A DNA stretch of 63,821 nucleotides, counting the filler, from Chiloscyllium plagiosum (taxonomy: Eukaryota), in NCBI RefSeq assembly GCF_004010195.1. It is 3 parts of one record of this genome, joined end to end, with 100 filler letters (N's around TTAATTAATTAA, not from the genome) between each part and the next. Parts side by side here need not be neighbours in the genome. Positions count along the whole stretch, not along the records: positions 55,811 to 63,821 come from NC_057710.1; 2 more parts are not named here. One strand, given 5' to 3'. The notes under the pieces are model-generated. The model worked only from the letters and a program-made list of their open reading frames with translations, did no database searches and was not told where the DNA came from. Positions 62,420-63,821 of this stretch are shown in pieces. Each line of letters opens with the position of its first letter. Position 1 is the first letter of the stretch. The position numbers and the translations under genes were made by a program.

Positions 62420-63821
62420 ATACTGTTGAGGGGGACAACTTACCAGGGGTATGCAGTGGGGCCCAGGTCTTTGGCACAGAGGGAAGGAGGGAAGGAGGGA
62501 AGTGTTAGTCATCGGGGACTTGATAGTTAGAGGCTCAGATAGAAGGTGTGTTGGGAATGAACGAGACTCGCCGTTGGTGTGTTGCCTCCCAGGTGCTAGG
62601 GTCCGTGATGTCTCGGACCGTATCTTCGGGGTTCTGAAGGGAGAGGGTGACCAGACTCAAGTTGTGGACCATGTAGGTCCCAACGACATAGGTAGAAAGA
62701 GGTATAGGGATGTAAGGCAAGATTTCAGGGAGCTAGGGTTGAAGCTGAGAGCTAGAACAAACAGAGTCATTATCTCTGGCTTGTTACCTGTGTCACGTGA
62801 TAGCGAGGCAAGGAATAGGGAGAGATATCAGCTGAACACGTGGCTACAAGGATGGTGCAGGAGGAAGGGTTCCAGCTTCTTGGATAATTGGGCTCATTCT
62901 GGGGAAGGTGGGACTTGTACAAACAGGACACACTTCACTTGAACCAGAGGGGTAATAATATCCTGGGTGGGAAATTTGCTGGTGCTATTCGGGTGGGTTT
63001 AAACTAGCTCAGCAGGGGGATGTGAACCGGAGGTGTTGTTGTAGTGCTCAGGAGGATGAGAGTAGGAAGGTCAGGGACAGGATTTCAGGGTCACAGGAAT
63101 GTGCTGGCAGACAGCAAAGTGGTTTGAAGTGTGTCTACTTCAATGGCAGAAGTATCCGAAATAAGGTAGGTGAGCTTGCAGCTTGGATAGGTACCTGGGA
63201 CTTCGATGTTGTGACCATTTCGGAGAGATGGATAGAGCAGGGTGAGGAATAGATGTTGCAGGTTCCAGGGTTTACATCTTTCATTAAGAACAGGCAAGGC
63301 GGTAAAAGAGGGGGAGGTGTGGCCTTGTTAGTCAAGGATAGTATAATGGTGGCTGAGAAAACTTTTGATGAGGACTCATCTACTGAGATAGTGTGGGCTG
63401 AGGTTAGAAACAGGAGAGGAGAGGTCACACTGCTTGGAGTTTTTTATAGGCCTCCGCAGAGTTCCAGGGAGGTGGAAGAGAGGATTTGCAAAATTATTCT
63501 GGGTAGGAGTGAAAGTAACAGGGTGGTCATTATGGGGGCTATAACTTTCCCAACATTGACTAGAAATGCTATAACTTTAGTATGTCTGATGGATCCGTTT
63601 TTGTCCAATGTGTACAGGAGGGTTTCCTGACACAGTATGCCGAAGGGCCGACAAGAGATGAGGCCACATTGGATCTGGTCCTTGGTAATGAACCAGACTA
63701 GGAGTTTGATTCAGTTGTAGGTAAGCATTTTGGAGAGAGTGATCATAACTCAATTACATTTAGTTTAGCATTGGAAAGGGATAGGTACATGCCACAGGTC
63801 AAGATTTATCAATGGGGCTGG
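62420..63821 (+). mobile_element. CR1 LINE ORF1 esterase and ORF2 endonuclease
   Basis: LVIGDLIVRG, CLPGARVRDV, HVGPNDIG; LKCVYFNGRSIRNK, GGGVALLVK, GVFYRPP. Confidence 0.9.

Overview
Repeat-dense vertebrate DNA, most likely a shark (HE1-type tRNA SINEs and HER1/CR1-type LINEs). The only host protein-coding sequence I recognise is the first coding exon of KIF24 (SAM domain; + strand; exon 19259-19846). A candidate promoter and first exon lie at about 1340-1651. A second, unexplained CpG-rich promoter-like island at about 34.2-34.7 kb has short minus-strand exons. The rest is nested mobile DNA: CR1, L2, L1 and Tx1 LINEs, tRNA SINEs, three LTR-like elements, Tigger-like remnants and many Penelope-like elements (PLEs). 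The most striking signal is about 20 minimal hammerhead ribozyme motifs (C/U-UGANG/A-A, one extra nt, stem II, GAAA, loopless palindromic stem III) from at least five sequence families. They show compensatory stem II changes and a U3-A8 core variant. Many sit in short, often fold-back, non-coding elements flanked by 11-17 bp direct repeats. PLE hammerheads are known in general; whether these shark families are catalogued could not be checked. Two 100-bp gaps contain an artificial TTAATTAATTAA spacer, so the order and orientation of 27212-55710 are uncertain. TE boundaries are approximate and were read by eye.
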